A stretch of DNA of 64,000 nucleotides from the NCBI GenBank assembly GCA_963783575.1, contig CAWAOD010000009.1:224001-288000 (forward strand), given 5' to 3'. This stretch comes from an uncultured Spirochaetota bacterium. GTDB taxonomy: Bacteria > Spirochaetota > Brevinematia > Brevinematales > JAOACQ01. Below are positions 1 through 9,706 of this stretch, piece by piece. The notes below the pieces were generated by a model that was not told the DNA's origin, made no database searches, and saw only the letters and a list, made by a program, of their open reading frames with translations. The translations under genes and the position numbers were made by a program. The stretch's first letter is position 1, and every line of letters begins with the position of its first letter.

Positions 1-58
1 CATCAAAAACAATTTTCATAAAATTTCCTAAAGAAAAGATGAGGAATATGCAGATTTA

Positions 59-1297
59 TTATGAAAGGTCCACAAACTGCATTAAAGACTTCCATTGCCT
101 GGTTTCCATAGTGTGATTAAATTCAAGTCCTATATAGAATTTTAAATTTTCATTTTCTTTTTTAAAATGGGCTATACTCGCTTTGATATTTAATTGTTCA
201 ACCGGCATATCGCCAATTTTCTTAATCTCTAAATCTAAATTATCCTTTATCACAATATCTTTAATATTACAGCTGCATTCCAGGAGAAGCCCTCTTTGAC
301 TGATGTCAAGAACTTTCCCATTAACATACATTGATTCTTTTATCTTTTTCAATTCTATTTCAGTGTCCTTTTTTACAGGGAACCTGAAAAATTTTCTTCT
401 TTCAGGCATGGCGTGTTTTTGTTTATTCTTTTGCTGTTCTTTTATAAGCTCTTCTTCTAATTTATCATGGATTCTGTTTTTGCCCAGATACTTCGATTTA
501 TACAAAGAGGAGTCCGCCAGCTTCATCAATCCTTCATAACTTGCCGAATCCATCGGGTATGTCGCTATACCGGCTGAGAATGTAACTTTAATATTATTTC
601 TGATATTATTATCATTCCAGTTATAATTTTCAAGGTTTTGCTTTATTCTTTCGGCAAGAAATCTCGCGCCTACCCTTCCCGTTTGAGGCAGCAGAATAAC
701 AAACTCGTCTCCCCCGAAACGGCCAATTATATCTTCCTTTCTAACACTTGCGTTCAGAACTGCGGAAAACTTTTTCAATACCTTGTCCCCGAATAAATGC
801 CCGTAATTATCATTCAAGGCTTTAAAGTCATCAATATCAATCAAAATAATGGAAAAATGATAATTATATCTTTTAGCCCTTTTTATTTCCCTTTCCGCCA
901 TTTCTGCCATAAAATTTGAATTAAAACAACCTGTTTTCGGGTCTTCTTTTGTCAATTTTAGGATTTCTTCAAAAAATTCAATTTCCACTATTTTTGGGTT
1001 TTTCAGAATTTTTATAAGATTCAAAAAATAATCCAGAATAGCTACTCTTATCCCGACATCCCTTTTCATCTTTGATGATAGATTCTCCCTATGTTCCAAA
1101 ATTTTAAAATAATGGTCCTTAGCCTCACTTTCATTCATATCGATATGCGCCAATAAATTCAATATAAAACGATAAATTCCACTATTGACAGAAGATTTTT
1201 CCTGATCTGTGCTTTTATTGCTTATCAGTTCCTGATCAGCCATAATTTTTGAAATCTCATATTCGTCCAGACCATCAATTGAAATTTTTTCTTTCAT
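59..1297 (-). CDS. Diguanylate cyclase (GGDEF) with C-terminal PilZ domain
   Basis: RFGGDEF active site preceded by RKED (RxxD I-site); C-terminal ERRKFFR...DISQRG matches PilZ RxxxR and DxSxxG motifs. Confidence 0.9.
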   Translation of the reverse strand: MKEKISIDGLDEYEISKIMADQELISNKSTDQEKSSVNSGIYRFILNLLAHIDMNESEAKDHYFKILEHRENLSSKMKRDVGIRVAILDYFLNLIKILKNPKIVEIEFFEEILKLTKEDPKTGCFNSNFMAEMAEREIKRAKRYNYHFSIILIDIDDFKALNDNYGHLFGDKVLKKFSAVLNASVRKEDIIGRFGGDEFVILLPQTGRVGARFLAERIKQNLENYNWNDNNIRNNIKVTFSAGIATYPMDSASYEGLMKLADSSLYKSKYLGKNRIHDKLEEELIKEQQKNKQKHAMPERRKFFRFPVKKDTEIELKKIKESMYVNGKVLDISQRGLLLECSCNIKDIVIKDNLDLEIKKIGDMPVEQLNIKASIAHFKKENENLKFYIGLEFNHTMETRQWKSLMQFVDLS

Positions 1298-1627
1298 TTT
1301 TTTTCTCCAGAATTTTTAATTCTCTAAAATAAATAACTCTTTAATATAAACTCAAGCCACTGGTTCTTTAATGGTTGATCTAAGAAAACCGATTATTATA
1401 ATATTTTTTATTTCCAATCGCAAATATTTTAATAAAAAAAACAATTAATTTATTAAGAAAATTTCTTATAATAAATTCCAATCATTTACTATTCAAAGAA
1501 TTAGAATAGTAAATTTATAATAAGAATGAGACATTATTTTACAACAATCTAATAGACTGATTATCAGATTCATTGAAAATCAAAATGCCTTAGATTTTTT
1601 CTTGAGTGAATTTTTAAGAAAGTTCTA

Positions 1628-2554
1628 TTATGATGGGATTTTATCCATATCAAGCATATCAGCGGCATGATAATAATAATTATTTTCGGAATTGTAATGA
1701 TATTCGGCAGGTTCTCTTCTGCCGGAAATAAGATTCATAACTTTCCTGGCAAATAATACGTCAAGGGTATGCCCGCCTTTATATGATATCATAAAACCTT
1801 TAATATCGGAATTTAAAAGGGCAAGGCTCCCAATCAAATCAACAACTTTATGCCTGACAGGTTCATCTTCGTACCTGGAATAATTCAATGCCTTATTTTC
1901 TTTTTTACTGAACACTTGAACATTATCGAAATTCACTCCCAAAACCAGCCCGCTTTTTTGATAACTGTCCAGATCCTCAATAAAGCCGAATGTCCTGGCA
2001 TCCGACAGAGTATTGACGAAAATATCAGGGTTTAGTTCCGTTTGATATGTTTGAGTACCTATAGGAGAATTTGGAAAAGAAATTGTATAACTGAACTTAA
2101 GTCCATCATACGGAAGTGCCACCAAAAATTTATCTTCAAGGGTCACCCAGATAGGATTAATAATCCTGAATTCATCCCTTGTTTTGTTTTGAGAGATCAA
2201 GCCATATTCAATAATTTGCCTGATAAATTCTTTTGTACTTCCATCCATTATTGGAATTTCCGTAGAACTGCATTCAATAAGGCAATTATCGATTTGAAAT
2301 GCGTAAAGAGCCGCAACCAGATGTTCTACTGTCTTTACTATGGATTTGCCGTTGCTCACTGATATATTGTTTTGCGTGTCGATTATATTTTCTACATTAT
2401 AAGGAATAAACTGTTTGGTCTGACCGCTTCTTGATACAAAAACAATTCCAGTATCTTCCGGAGCAGGTTTTAATACAACCGCACAATCACTGCCGCTGTG
2501 AAGACCTATACCCTTAAATTCTATATTACTTTTTAATGTATTTTGTTTTCTCAC
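1628..2554 (-). CDS. lpxC: UDP-3-O-acyl-N-acetylglucosamine deacetylase
   Basis: RKQNTL..GIGLHSG, TVEHL, ARTFGF, RHKVVD, GGH motifs; start moved to GTG at 2554 after GGAG RBS (ORF track starts at 2590). Confidence 0.93.
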   Translation of the reverse strand: MRKQNTLKSNIEFKGIGLHSGSDCAVVLKPAPEDTGIVFVSRSGQTKQFIPYNVENIIDTQNNISVSNGKSIVKTVEHLVAALYAFQIDNCLIECSSTEIPIMDGSTKEFIRQIIEYGLISQNKTRDEFRIINPIWVTLEDKFLVALPYDGLKFSYTISFPNSPIGTQTYQTELNPDIFVNTLSDARTFGFIEDLDSYQKSGLVLGVNFDNVQVFSKKENKALNYSRYEDEPVRHKVVDLIGSLALLNSDIKGFMISYKGGHTLDVLFARKVMNLISGRREPAEYHYNSENNYYYHAADMLDMDKIPS

Positions 2555-2592
2555 AAAAGTCTCCAGATAAATGTTACTATTATATAGCAAAT

Positions 2593-2601
2593 ATTATACC
2601 A
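2593..2601 (-). promoter_or_regulatory. Putative extended -10 promoter for lpxC
   Basis: TGgTATAAT on the minus strand about 40 nt upstream of the GTG start. Confidence 0.45.
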
Positions 2602-2690
2602 AATGCTCAAAACTATTTATTATTATTAATAAATAAGTTACGCCATTTTCAACTTCATCAAACCATATAACTGTCTTGAATATTATACAG

Positions 2691-3095
2691 TTATTTTTCC
2701 TTTTCCAGTAAATAATTCGATAAGATTTTTTGTGCGGATAATCTGTCAATTTGCAACTTTACTTTTTTTTTATTTAGCCCCAATGACTTTAAAAAACTTT
2801 CAGCGTAGACGCTTGTGAATTCTTCATTCTGATAAATTATTTCCAAGTTAAGATTCGATTTTAATTTATCGGCAAAATCAATTACATTTTTAACAGCTTC
2901 GGTATATGTATCCGAATGCGGGTACCCTATGACTATTTTCTCAAATTTGTATTTTTCAGTAAGTTTTTTTAATCTATCCATAATATTGATATCATTGATG
3001 TAAACATCCAGGGGTGAAGCAATCATTTGCAAATCATCGGTAACTGCCAGACCGATTCTTTTTTTCCCGTAATCAATACCAAGAATCCTGCCCAT
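2691..3095 (-). CDS. ruvX: YqgF/RuvX family RNase H-like nuclease
   Basis: ILGIDYGKKRIGLA, NEEFTS..A, ID..SA..IL motifs; 134 aa. Confidence 0.92.
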   Translation of the reverse strand: MGRILGIDYGKKRIGLAVTDDLQMIASPLDVYINDINIMDRLKKLTEKYKFEKIVIGYPHSDTYTEAVKNVIDFADKLKSNLNLEIIYQNEEFTSVYAESFLKSLGLNKKKVKLQIDRLSAQKILSNYLLEKEK

Positions 3096-4253
3096 TTAAT
3101 TGCCGCCGGAAAAAGTATTTTTAAGAATAAAATCGGCAACTTTATCTACCACAGGCCTTTCACCAAGGCTTGTTTTAATTTTTGCATAATATGATTCAAA
3201 TTCAAGCTTTTTCTGCCCGGTCAAATTAAGAAAAGATAGAGTTTCCCGTATGATATTACCGGAATTACAATCCTTCTGTAATAATTCAGGGAATACTTTT
3301 TTATTAAGAATTATATTCGGTAATCCTATCACATCAGATTTGACAAGCATCTTACCGATAAAAAAAGATAATGATGAAACTTTATAGCAAATCACCGGCG
3401 GTTTTCCAAATAACACGGACTCCAGAGAGGCCGTGCCTGATGATAGAATAACAACATCGGAAACACTCATTGCAGAATAAGAATCTTCCCTGATCAATTT
3501 AATCTTTCCGGATAAACCGAATTCATTTATTTTATTTATAATATAATCCTCATAAATTGGGTGAGAAACGGGAAGAATAATCTGAATATCATACCGGTTA
3601 ATTAGTATTTCAGATGCTTCCAGAAAAGGCGGCAAAAGCGTTTCGACTTCCTGAAAACGGCTTCCCGGCATTATAGCAACAATCTTTTTATCTCTGACCA
3701 ATCCGTTATTATCAAAGAAATCCTTTGAAATCTTGAAATCATAAACTTTATCCAGAATAGGATTGCCGGAATATAAAACATTTTTTGTGTATTCACGGTA
3801 AACAAGATAGTCGGGAAAATGAGGAACGATAAGATAATCAACATTTTTTGCCAATAGCGGTGCATACCACCGCCCCCAGATAGAAACATGCGGCGGAAAA
3901 TAATAAAAGCATTTGATGCCTTTTTTTTTCAAAAACTTAGCCCGTGGAATATTCAAACCCTGATTATCCACAAGGATCGCGGCAGTAACCGGATTCCTTT
4001 TTAAATATTCAATTGATTTTTTGTAAAGTTGATTATTTTTATTATAAAAGCGGAGTGAATCGGACAGCCCTATTGTACCGTAATAAGTTATATCGCTATC
4101 TATGGAATTCAGGCCGGCTTTAATCATATTCTGCCCGCCCATCCCGGTAAAGCTTATATCAGGTTTTTTTCCCTTAATCCGGCGCATAAGGTCCGCCGCA
4201 TGAATATCGCCTGAAACCTCTCCGGCTGCTATAAAAAAAAGATTATTCACCAT
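3096..4253 (-). CDS. lpxB: Lipid-A-disaccharide synthase
   Basis: AGEVSGD, GNP, MPGSR..E, SGTASLE, GLPNI..FPELLQ motifs; likely ATG 4253 overlapping the lpxA end. Confidence 0.93.
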   Translation of the reverse strand: MVNNLFFIAAGEVSGDIHAADLMRRIKGKKPDISFTGMGGQNMIKAGLNSIDSDITYYGTIGLSDSLRFYNKNNQLYKKSIEYLKRNPVTAAILVDNQGLNIPRAKFLKKKGIKCFYYFPPHVSIWGRWYAPLLAKNVDYLIVPHFPDYLVYREYTKNVLYSGNPILDKVYDFKISKDFFDNNGLVRDKKIVAIMPGSRFQEVETLLPPFLEASEILINRYDIQIILPVSHPIYEDYIINKINEFGLSGKIKLIREDSYSAMSVSDVVILSSGTASLESVLFGKPPVICYKVSSLSFFIGKMLVKSDVIGLPNIILNKKVFPELLQKDCNSGNIIRETLSFLNLTGQKKLEFESYYAKIKTSLGERPVVDKVADFILKNTFSGGN

Positions 4254-5031
4254 GATATGATACGATGCCCCTTTTTGAGCTCCGTACAAAACTGATCAAT
4301 CTTAATACAGAATTATTGCCGGAATACTTTTCTTCCATAGCTGCAAGCCTTTCTTTTAAAAGTCCTTTCCCGTAAAGCATTCTTAAGGCGTCCTTGATTA
4401 TAGTTCTTTGTTCCTGATTAAATCCGCCACGTCTCAAACCTACAACATTCAATCCGTAAACTTTGGCCGGATTGCCGTCCACAATCATAAAAGGCGGTAC
4501 ATCCTGAACAACCTTGCCGAGTCCGCCGATCATCGCAAAGGCTCCTACCCTGCAATTTTGATGTACGGCTGAATTTCCAGACATGTTTGTGCTTTCTTCC
4601 AGCACAACAAATCCGGCCAGGAGACATCCGTTAGTCAGAATACTGTTACTGCCTATTTTAGAATTATGTCCGACATGAGAATTTGCCATCAGAAAAACAT
4701 TATCTCCTACTATAGTTTTTTCTCCATTGCCGCCATGAATGGGGGTATGTATCGTAACTCCTTCACGAATAATGCAACTTTCTCCAATTTCAATCAACCC
4801 GGGTTCCCCATTAAATGAATAATCCTGCGGAGGTTCCCCTATGGCAGCCCCGGAAAAAATCCTTGTTCCTTTGCCTATCTTTGCCCAGCCTGTTATATGC
4901 GAAAAAGGACCGATTACACAATTATCCGAAATTTCAATATCTCCTTCTATCACGCAGTACGGCTTAATTTCAACGTTTTCACCTAATTTGACATTCTTTC
5001 CAAGAATCACACTGGGGTGAATATTATTCAT
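4243..5031 (-). CDS. lpxA: Acyl-ACP--UDP-N-acetylglucosamine O-acyltransferase
   Basis: Hexapeptide repeats, GEPPQD, IREGVTIH, SHVGHN, VHQ, QDVPPF, GLNVVGLRR. Confidence 0.95.
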   Translation of the reverse strand: MNNIHPSVILGKNVKLGENVEIKPYCVIEGDIEISDNCVIGPFSHITGWAKIGKGTRIFSGAAIGEPPQDYSFNGEPGLIEIGESCIIREGVTIHTPIHGGNGEKTIVGDNVFLMANSHVGHNSKIGSNSILTNGCLLAGFVVLEESTNMSGNSAVHQNCRVGAFAMIGGLGKVVQDVPPFMIVDGNPAKVYGLNVVGLRRGGFNQEQRTIIKDALRMLYGKGLLKERLAAMEEKYSGNNSVLRLISFVRSSKRGIVSYHGE

Positions 5032-5533
5032 TTTTCTGCCTATCCAATTCTTTTTTCAGCATTTCTTCAACAAGAACAAACTTCTTCCTGTTTTCACTGT
5101 TGAGTTCCATTAAATTCTGATGAGATTCTAAGAGGACTTGAATATCCCGGTATGTTTTTTCCAGTTTTTTCTTGATTTCTCCGCTTACGTCTATATTTTT
5201 TAATACGGATTCTTCCTGAATCGGTAAAATCTCCAGAAGTCCCATTGTATTTAGAATTTCTTTAACTCTTTCGGAAGGATTTAATAGAATAACATTCGAA
5301 TTGCGCAATTTTTTAAGTTTCTTTTGAACGGAAACTATAACACCGATAAATGAGCTATCCAGATAAGTTGTAGATGACAATTCAAAATATACATTCTCAA
5401 TATTTTCTTCTTCCAGTTTTGTTGAAAGAAATTGAAATAAATCCGTACAAAACTCCATTGTTCCTTTACCGATTACTTTTATTATATACCCAGATTCGAT
5501 TACACCAACCAATACTCTAGATGTGTCTTGCAT
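5024..5533 (-). CDS. STAS domain (anti-sigma antagonist-like) protein
   Basis: TYLDSSFIG phosphoacceptor motif; LNPS.RVKEIL..MGL; C-terminal LESH..LMELN..N..KF extension. Confidence 0.85.
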   Translation of the reverse strand: MQDTSRVLVGVIESGYIIKVIGKGTMEFCTDLFQFLSTKLEEENIENVYFELSSTTYLDSSFIGVIVSVQKKLKKLRNSNVILLNPSERVKEILNTMGLLEILPIQEESVLKNIDVSGEIKKKLEKTYRDIQVLLESHQNLMELNSENRKKFVLVEEMLKKELDRQKNE

Positions 5534-5542
5534 CTTGGCTCC

Positions 5543-6004
5543 TTAAAAGTCTTCAACAGCGATGGGATTAATATTTTTTACATCTTTTTCAAAAATCGCA
5601 TCAATTTCCTTTTTTGATACGATTTTTCCTTTACCAGTAAATATCATTCCCTCTTCAGCCAGGCATTTTTTTGTCCATAAGTCTCCTATAAGCTTTCCTG
5701 TGGAGAGAATATCCACACGTTCCAAAGCATATACATTCCCTTTAATCTTTCCGCCTATTCTTACGGAATTTGCATATATATCGCCGACTATCCTGCCATA
5801 CTCCCCGACAAGCACAACGCCATAACCCCTAACTATTCCTTTAAAATCTCCATCGATACGAAGCAAACCGTCAGATCTGAATTCACCTGAAAAAAAATTA
5901 TCCCTTCCTATAACACTATTTGAAGTGATTCCTTTTGACACAAACTCAACGCTTTTATCATCTCCTAGCTTTAGCTCACCATGCTTTAAATCAGTCGGTT
6001 CCAT
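5543..6004 (-). CDS. Bactofilin (polymer-forming cytoskeletal protein)
   Basis: SVIG..FSGE....LRIDG.F.G beta-helix repeats; EEG..F.G ending. Confidence 0.9.
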   Translation of the reverse strand: MEPTDLKHGELKLGDDKSVEFVSKGITSNSVIGRDNFFSGEFRSDGLLRIDGDFKGIVRGYGVVLVGEYGRIVGDIYANSVRIGGKIKGNVYALERVDILSTGKLIGDLWTKKCLAEEGMIFTGKGKIVSKKEIDAIFEKDVKNINPIAVEDF

Positions 6005-6034
6005 TCAAAGCCCCCATTCTATTAAACTCATACT

Positions 6035-7081
6035 TTAAGGCAACATACTGACAAATGGCTCCGGATTAACCGGTTGATCTCCGATCCGTACTTCATAATG
6101 AAGATGAAAACCCGTGGTTTTACCCGTCATACCGACATATCCGATCACCTGTCCCTGCTTAACAACGCTTCCTACAAATATATTAGGCCCAAAACTGCTC
6201 ATATGCCCATAACGGGTAGTAAAGCCATATTTATGCTTGATTTCTACCAGATTCCCATAACCACCCATCCAGCTTGCATAAGAAACGACTCCATCCGCAG
6301 CCGCCCTTACCGGAGTTGAAGGTATTGCACTCATGTCAATACCCGGATGAAATTCTTCCTGCCATCGGTATACAGGATCAACACGCTTGCCGAATCCCGA
6401 AGTGATTCTTGCCCTTTGCGGAAGCGGATAGAATGAGGGTAATGCCATGAGCAAATTCTTTTGTTCTGCTATAAACATTCCCATCCTTCTAACATTTACC
6501 TTGGTAACATCAAGGTCCAGTTTCAAATTCTCAAGATCTGTCACCTCTTTCGGTCGATTTTTATTTGTATATTCATCCGGTAGCTTTATCTCGTTAAAAT
6601 TATAAATGTTTTTGTCCTGTCCCATAGGATCTTTTGCCGCTGATTTGATAATGTTGTTTATATCGCCTTTAAACATAGTAAATCTATTGTTTACGCTTTC
6701 TATGCTTCTTTTATATTCCTCAATAATAATTTTTTTGTATCCATCCTGAGTCTTTAATCTCTCATACTGCTTATATGTCTGCTGATTATTTGAAATTGCA
6801 ATAACTGATGTGGTGACTGTAATAGTTAATATTATTGCGGAAAAAAACAAAATATAATTTGAAACCTGAATATTCATAATTTTTTTCTCGGAATGAGGCA
6901 CAATCATTATTGTCAATCTTTGAGAACCTTTCTCATTAATTTTGTATGATAATTTGGCCATCCATCTTTTTATATTACTAAAATAAAGAAAAATGCTTTC
7001 TTTTATTTTTATCCATCGTGATTTCTTATACATTTCAGCTTTAGATTTAAAAGCAGGCCTGTTTTTACTGTAATTTGCCAT
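6035..7081 (-). CDS. M23 family metallopeptidase, membrane-anchored
   Basis: N-terminal TM; ITSGFG.R.DP, FHPGID, YGH, STG/TTG..HLHYEV M23 motifs. Confidence 0.93.
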   Translation of the reverse strand: MANYSKNRPAFKSKAEMYKKSRWIKIKESIFLYFSNIKRWMAKLSYKINEKGSQRLTIMIVPHSEKKIMNIQVSNYILFFSAIILTITVTTSVIAISNNQQTYKQYERLKTQDGYKKIIIEEYKRSIESVNNRFTMFKGDINNIIKSAAKDPMGQDKNIYNFNEIKLPDEYTNKNRPKEVTDLENLKLDLDVTKVNVRRMGMFIAEQKNLLMALPSFYPLPQRARITSGFGKRVDPVYRWQEEFHPGIDMSAIPSTPVRAAADGVVSYASWMGGYGNLVEIKHKYGFTTRYGHMSSFGPNIFVGSVVKQGQVIGYVGMTGKTTGFHLHYEVRIGDQPVNPEPFVSMLP

Positions 7082-7188
7082 AATTGCCTCCTTTTCTAAA
7101 TTTAACCGTTATAAAATGGAAAATCAATTTTTTAAGAGAGTAATTATACATCTAAGTGCTGACTTATTCAACAATTTATGAAAATAAA

Positions 7189-7217
7189 TTGACCTTTGAA
7201 AAAACTACACTTATAAT
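7189..7217 (+). promoter_or_regulatory. Putative sigma70 promoter for tatD
   Basis: TTGACC-17 nt-TATAAT. Confidence 0.6.
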
Positions 7218-7262
7218 TCTATATCAGTTTACAATAAAGTCAAGAAAAATAGGAACATTGCG

Positions 7263-8063
7263 TTGTTAAAATATATTGATTCACACTGTCATTTACAGCA
7301 TTGCACAGAAAATACCGATTATATTAACCTGGTCAAAAGTTTATGCGGTCAACTGGCTTATGTAGTGGACATATCGACTAATAATACGGAAATCTTAAAT
7401 AAGATAAGCCTGTTATCCCGGGGTTTTGGCGGTTCTGAACAACCGGATAAAGTTCCTGAAAACCTATTGACTTCTTTTGGGCTTTATCCCGATCAGGCTG
7501 AAAAATTCAATCGGGAAATGGATGAAGAATTTAATATTCTTATAAAAAAAATGCGGCCTTCGGCAATCGGCGAGGTCGGGCTTGATTACTACTGGAATTA
7601 CGGCGACAAAATTCTACTTGAAAAATTATTCCGCAATCAAATCGAGATGTCAATTAATATGGATGTACCACTGATAGTCCATTCGAGGAATGCATTTCAA
7701 GACACTTTACGTATTCTTTCCGAATATAAATTTAATAAGACGGTAATAATTCACTGCTTCGGTTATGGTCAAAAAGAAGCGGAAAGATTCTTAAATCTTG
7801 GATTTACATTATCATTTGCCGGTAATCTAACCTACAGGAATGCAAACGATATTCAGAATGCCGCTTTAATTGTCCCATTACAGAATTTACTTCTCGAAAC
7901 CGATTCTCCTTATTTATCGCCTATTCCTGTAAGAGGCCGTAAAAATACACCGCTAAATGTAATATATACATATAAATTCCTGGCTAACTTAAAAAATGAC
8001 GAAGAAGAAAATCTTGCTGCGCAGATTGAAAAGAATTTTAAAAGAATCTTTCAGTTAACTTAA
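7263..8063 (+). CDS. tatD: TatD family hydrolase/DNase
   Basis: IDSHCH, IGEVGLDY, VHSR, IHCF, LETDSPYL. Confidence 0.93.
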   Translation: MLKYIDSHCHLQHCTENTDYINLVKSLCGQLAYVVDISTNNTEILNKISLLSRGFGGSEQPDKVPENLLTSFGLYPDQAEKFNREMDEEFNILIKKMRPSAIGEVGLDYYWNYGDKILLEKLFRNQIEMSINMDVPLIVHSRNAFQDTLRILSEYKFNKTVIIHCFGYGQKEAERFLNLGFTLSFAGNLTYRNANDIQNAALIVPLQNLLLETDSPYLSPIPVRGRKNTPLNVIYTYKFLANLKNDEEENLAAQIEKNFKRIFQLT

Positions 8064-8083
8064 GGTTGGTTATACAATCCGGA

Positions 8084-8908
8084 CTAGAGCTCTAATTCAA
8101 GGCTGTCTCTGGCAAGGCAAGCCGATGGAAATATTTTTTGAGCTTCATTTTCGATTTTAAATGAGTCATCATCAGATCTATCCGGATCGGAATGAAACAA
8201 AACAAGCTTTTTAACCTTTGCTTCTTGAGCCACTTGAATTGACTGTCTCCATGTACTATGTCCCCAGCCAAGCCTGAATCCGATTTCTTCATCAGTGTAT
8301 TGTGCGTCATGTATCAGAATATCAGCTCCTTCCGCGATATCGACAACCCTTTTGTCTATTACATTCTGATAATGCTCAGTATCTGTTGAATAAACTATCG
8401 AAGTATTGTCAAATTGAATCCTATAACCGAAAGTAACTCCCGGATGGATATGTCTTTTGGCGGAAATCTGGAGCCCGTCAAAAATACGGTGATGTCCTTC
8501 TGACAGTTCAAATACATTTATCTTTGCAGGAACATGGGTAAATTTTACAGGGAAATAATCATATTCCATCTGGCCGGCCAGTAAATCGCCCAATTTTCTA
8601 TTAGCTCTCTCCGGCCCTAATATATTGATATTGGCATTATTCATAAAAATTGGTCCAAAGAATGGAAAACCCTGAATATGATCCCAATGTGTATGGCTTA
8701 ATAAAATAAATATTTCCTTTTTTTCGGGAAGTTTACCGATTTCCTTTGCAACTATTTTACCAAGACCCCTGATTCCGGTTCCCATATCCAGTATCAATCT
8801 GGATTTGCCGTTATTCAATTCAATACAGGCTGTATTCCCTCCAACCTGCATTTTATCGGCATCCGGTGTGGGAACCGATCCTCTTACGCCCCAAAATTTT
8901 ATCAGCAT
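8084..8908 (-). CDS. MBL-fold metallo-hydrolase
   Basis: FWGVRGS, GGNTAC, SHTHWDHIQGFPFF, TDTEH, GWGHS. Confidence 0.9.
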   Translation of the reverse strand: MLIKFWGVRGSVPTPDADKMQVGGNTACIELNNGKSRLILDMGTGIRGLGKIVAKEIGKLPEKKEIFILLSHTHWDHIQGFPFFGPIFMNNANINILGPERANRKLGDLLAGQMEYDYFPVKFTHVPAKINVFELSEGHHRIFDGLQISAKRHIHPGVTFGYRIQFDNTSIVYSTDTEHYQNVIDKRVVDIAEGADILIHDAQYTDEEIGFRLGWGHSTWRQSIQVAQEAKVKKLVLFHSDPDRSDDDSFKIENEAQKIFPSACLARDSLELEL

Positions 8909-8947
8909 AATTCATCCTTGATTATGGTATTTTTTTCTGGAAAACAA

Positions 8948-9388
8948 CTACTTCGAATCCAGAATTATCGTATAAGGCCCATCATTTTCAAGCCTGATAT
9001 TCATCATAGCATGAAATATTCCGCGCTTTACAGGAATTCCTGAGTCAGCCATAGTATTATACAATTTTTCAAAGATTACCTTTGCATCATCTGCGTTCAT
9101 TGCCTCAGAAAAAGACGGCCTTTTACCCTTTTTAACATCACCAAATAGAGTGAATTGTGAAATCAGGAGAATTTCTCCTCCGATATCCCTGACCGATAAA
9201 GCACTTTCCGTTTCATCATCCGGGAAAATCCTTAACCCTGTTATTTTTTCTACAGTATAAGAGATATCTTTTTCCGAATCATCCCTCGCAATACCTGTGA
9301 AAACAAGAAGACCCTTACCGATCTCTTCTATTAATTCCCCATTGACCCATACCGAGGCCATTATAACTCTTTGTATAACTGATTTCAT
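8948..9388 (-). CDS. dtd: D-aminoacyl-tRNA deacylase
   Basis: QRV..ASV, SQFTL, GKRPSF, NDGPYT. Confidence 0.95.
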   Translation of the reverse strand: MKSVIQRVIMASVWVNGELIEEIGKGLLVFTGIARDDSEKDISYTVEKITGLRIFPDDETESALSVRDIGGEILLISQFTLFGDVKKGKRPSFSEAMNADDAKVIFEKLYNTMADSGIPVKRGIFHAMMNIRLENDGPYTIILDSK

Positions 9389-9562
9389 AAAAATTCCTTC
9401 TGAAAGTATATTTTCGGATTAACTAAATTTGAACTTAACTGAAGCGGATAAATAGTCTTTTGCCAGGTTAACAGGCTGGTCTTCATCAAATATGTCTGAT
9501 AACGATTTTATGGCCAGCCGGTTACCAAAATGAATGTTAAATATCATACGTGAAATTTTAAA

Positions 9563-9591
9563 TTGCAAAAATGACTTTTTTAAAATATAAT
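9563..9591 (+). promoter_or_regulatory. Putative sigma70 promoter for dnaE
   Basis: TTGCAA-17 nt-TATAAT. Confidence 0.6.
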
Positions 9592-9706
9592 CTTTATCAA
9601 AGTAAAACTTTTATCAGAGTTTTATTTTGGTTTGGAGTTTTGTTTGGAAAAAATCCGGGATAGACAAAACTCAATTGTTAAATTTACGATAATAATCGAG
9701 GGGAAA

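Noticed and set aside
9419..9547. 42-codon minus-strand ORF upstream of dtd (MIFNIHFGNRLAIK...)
   Set aside because: No RBS or recognisable motif; cannot be supported
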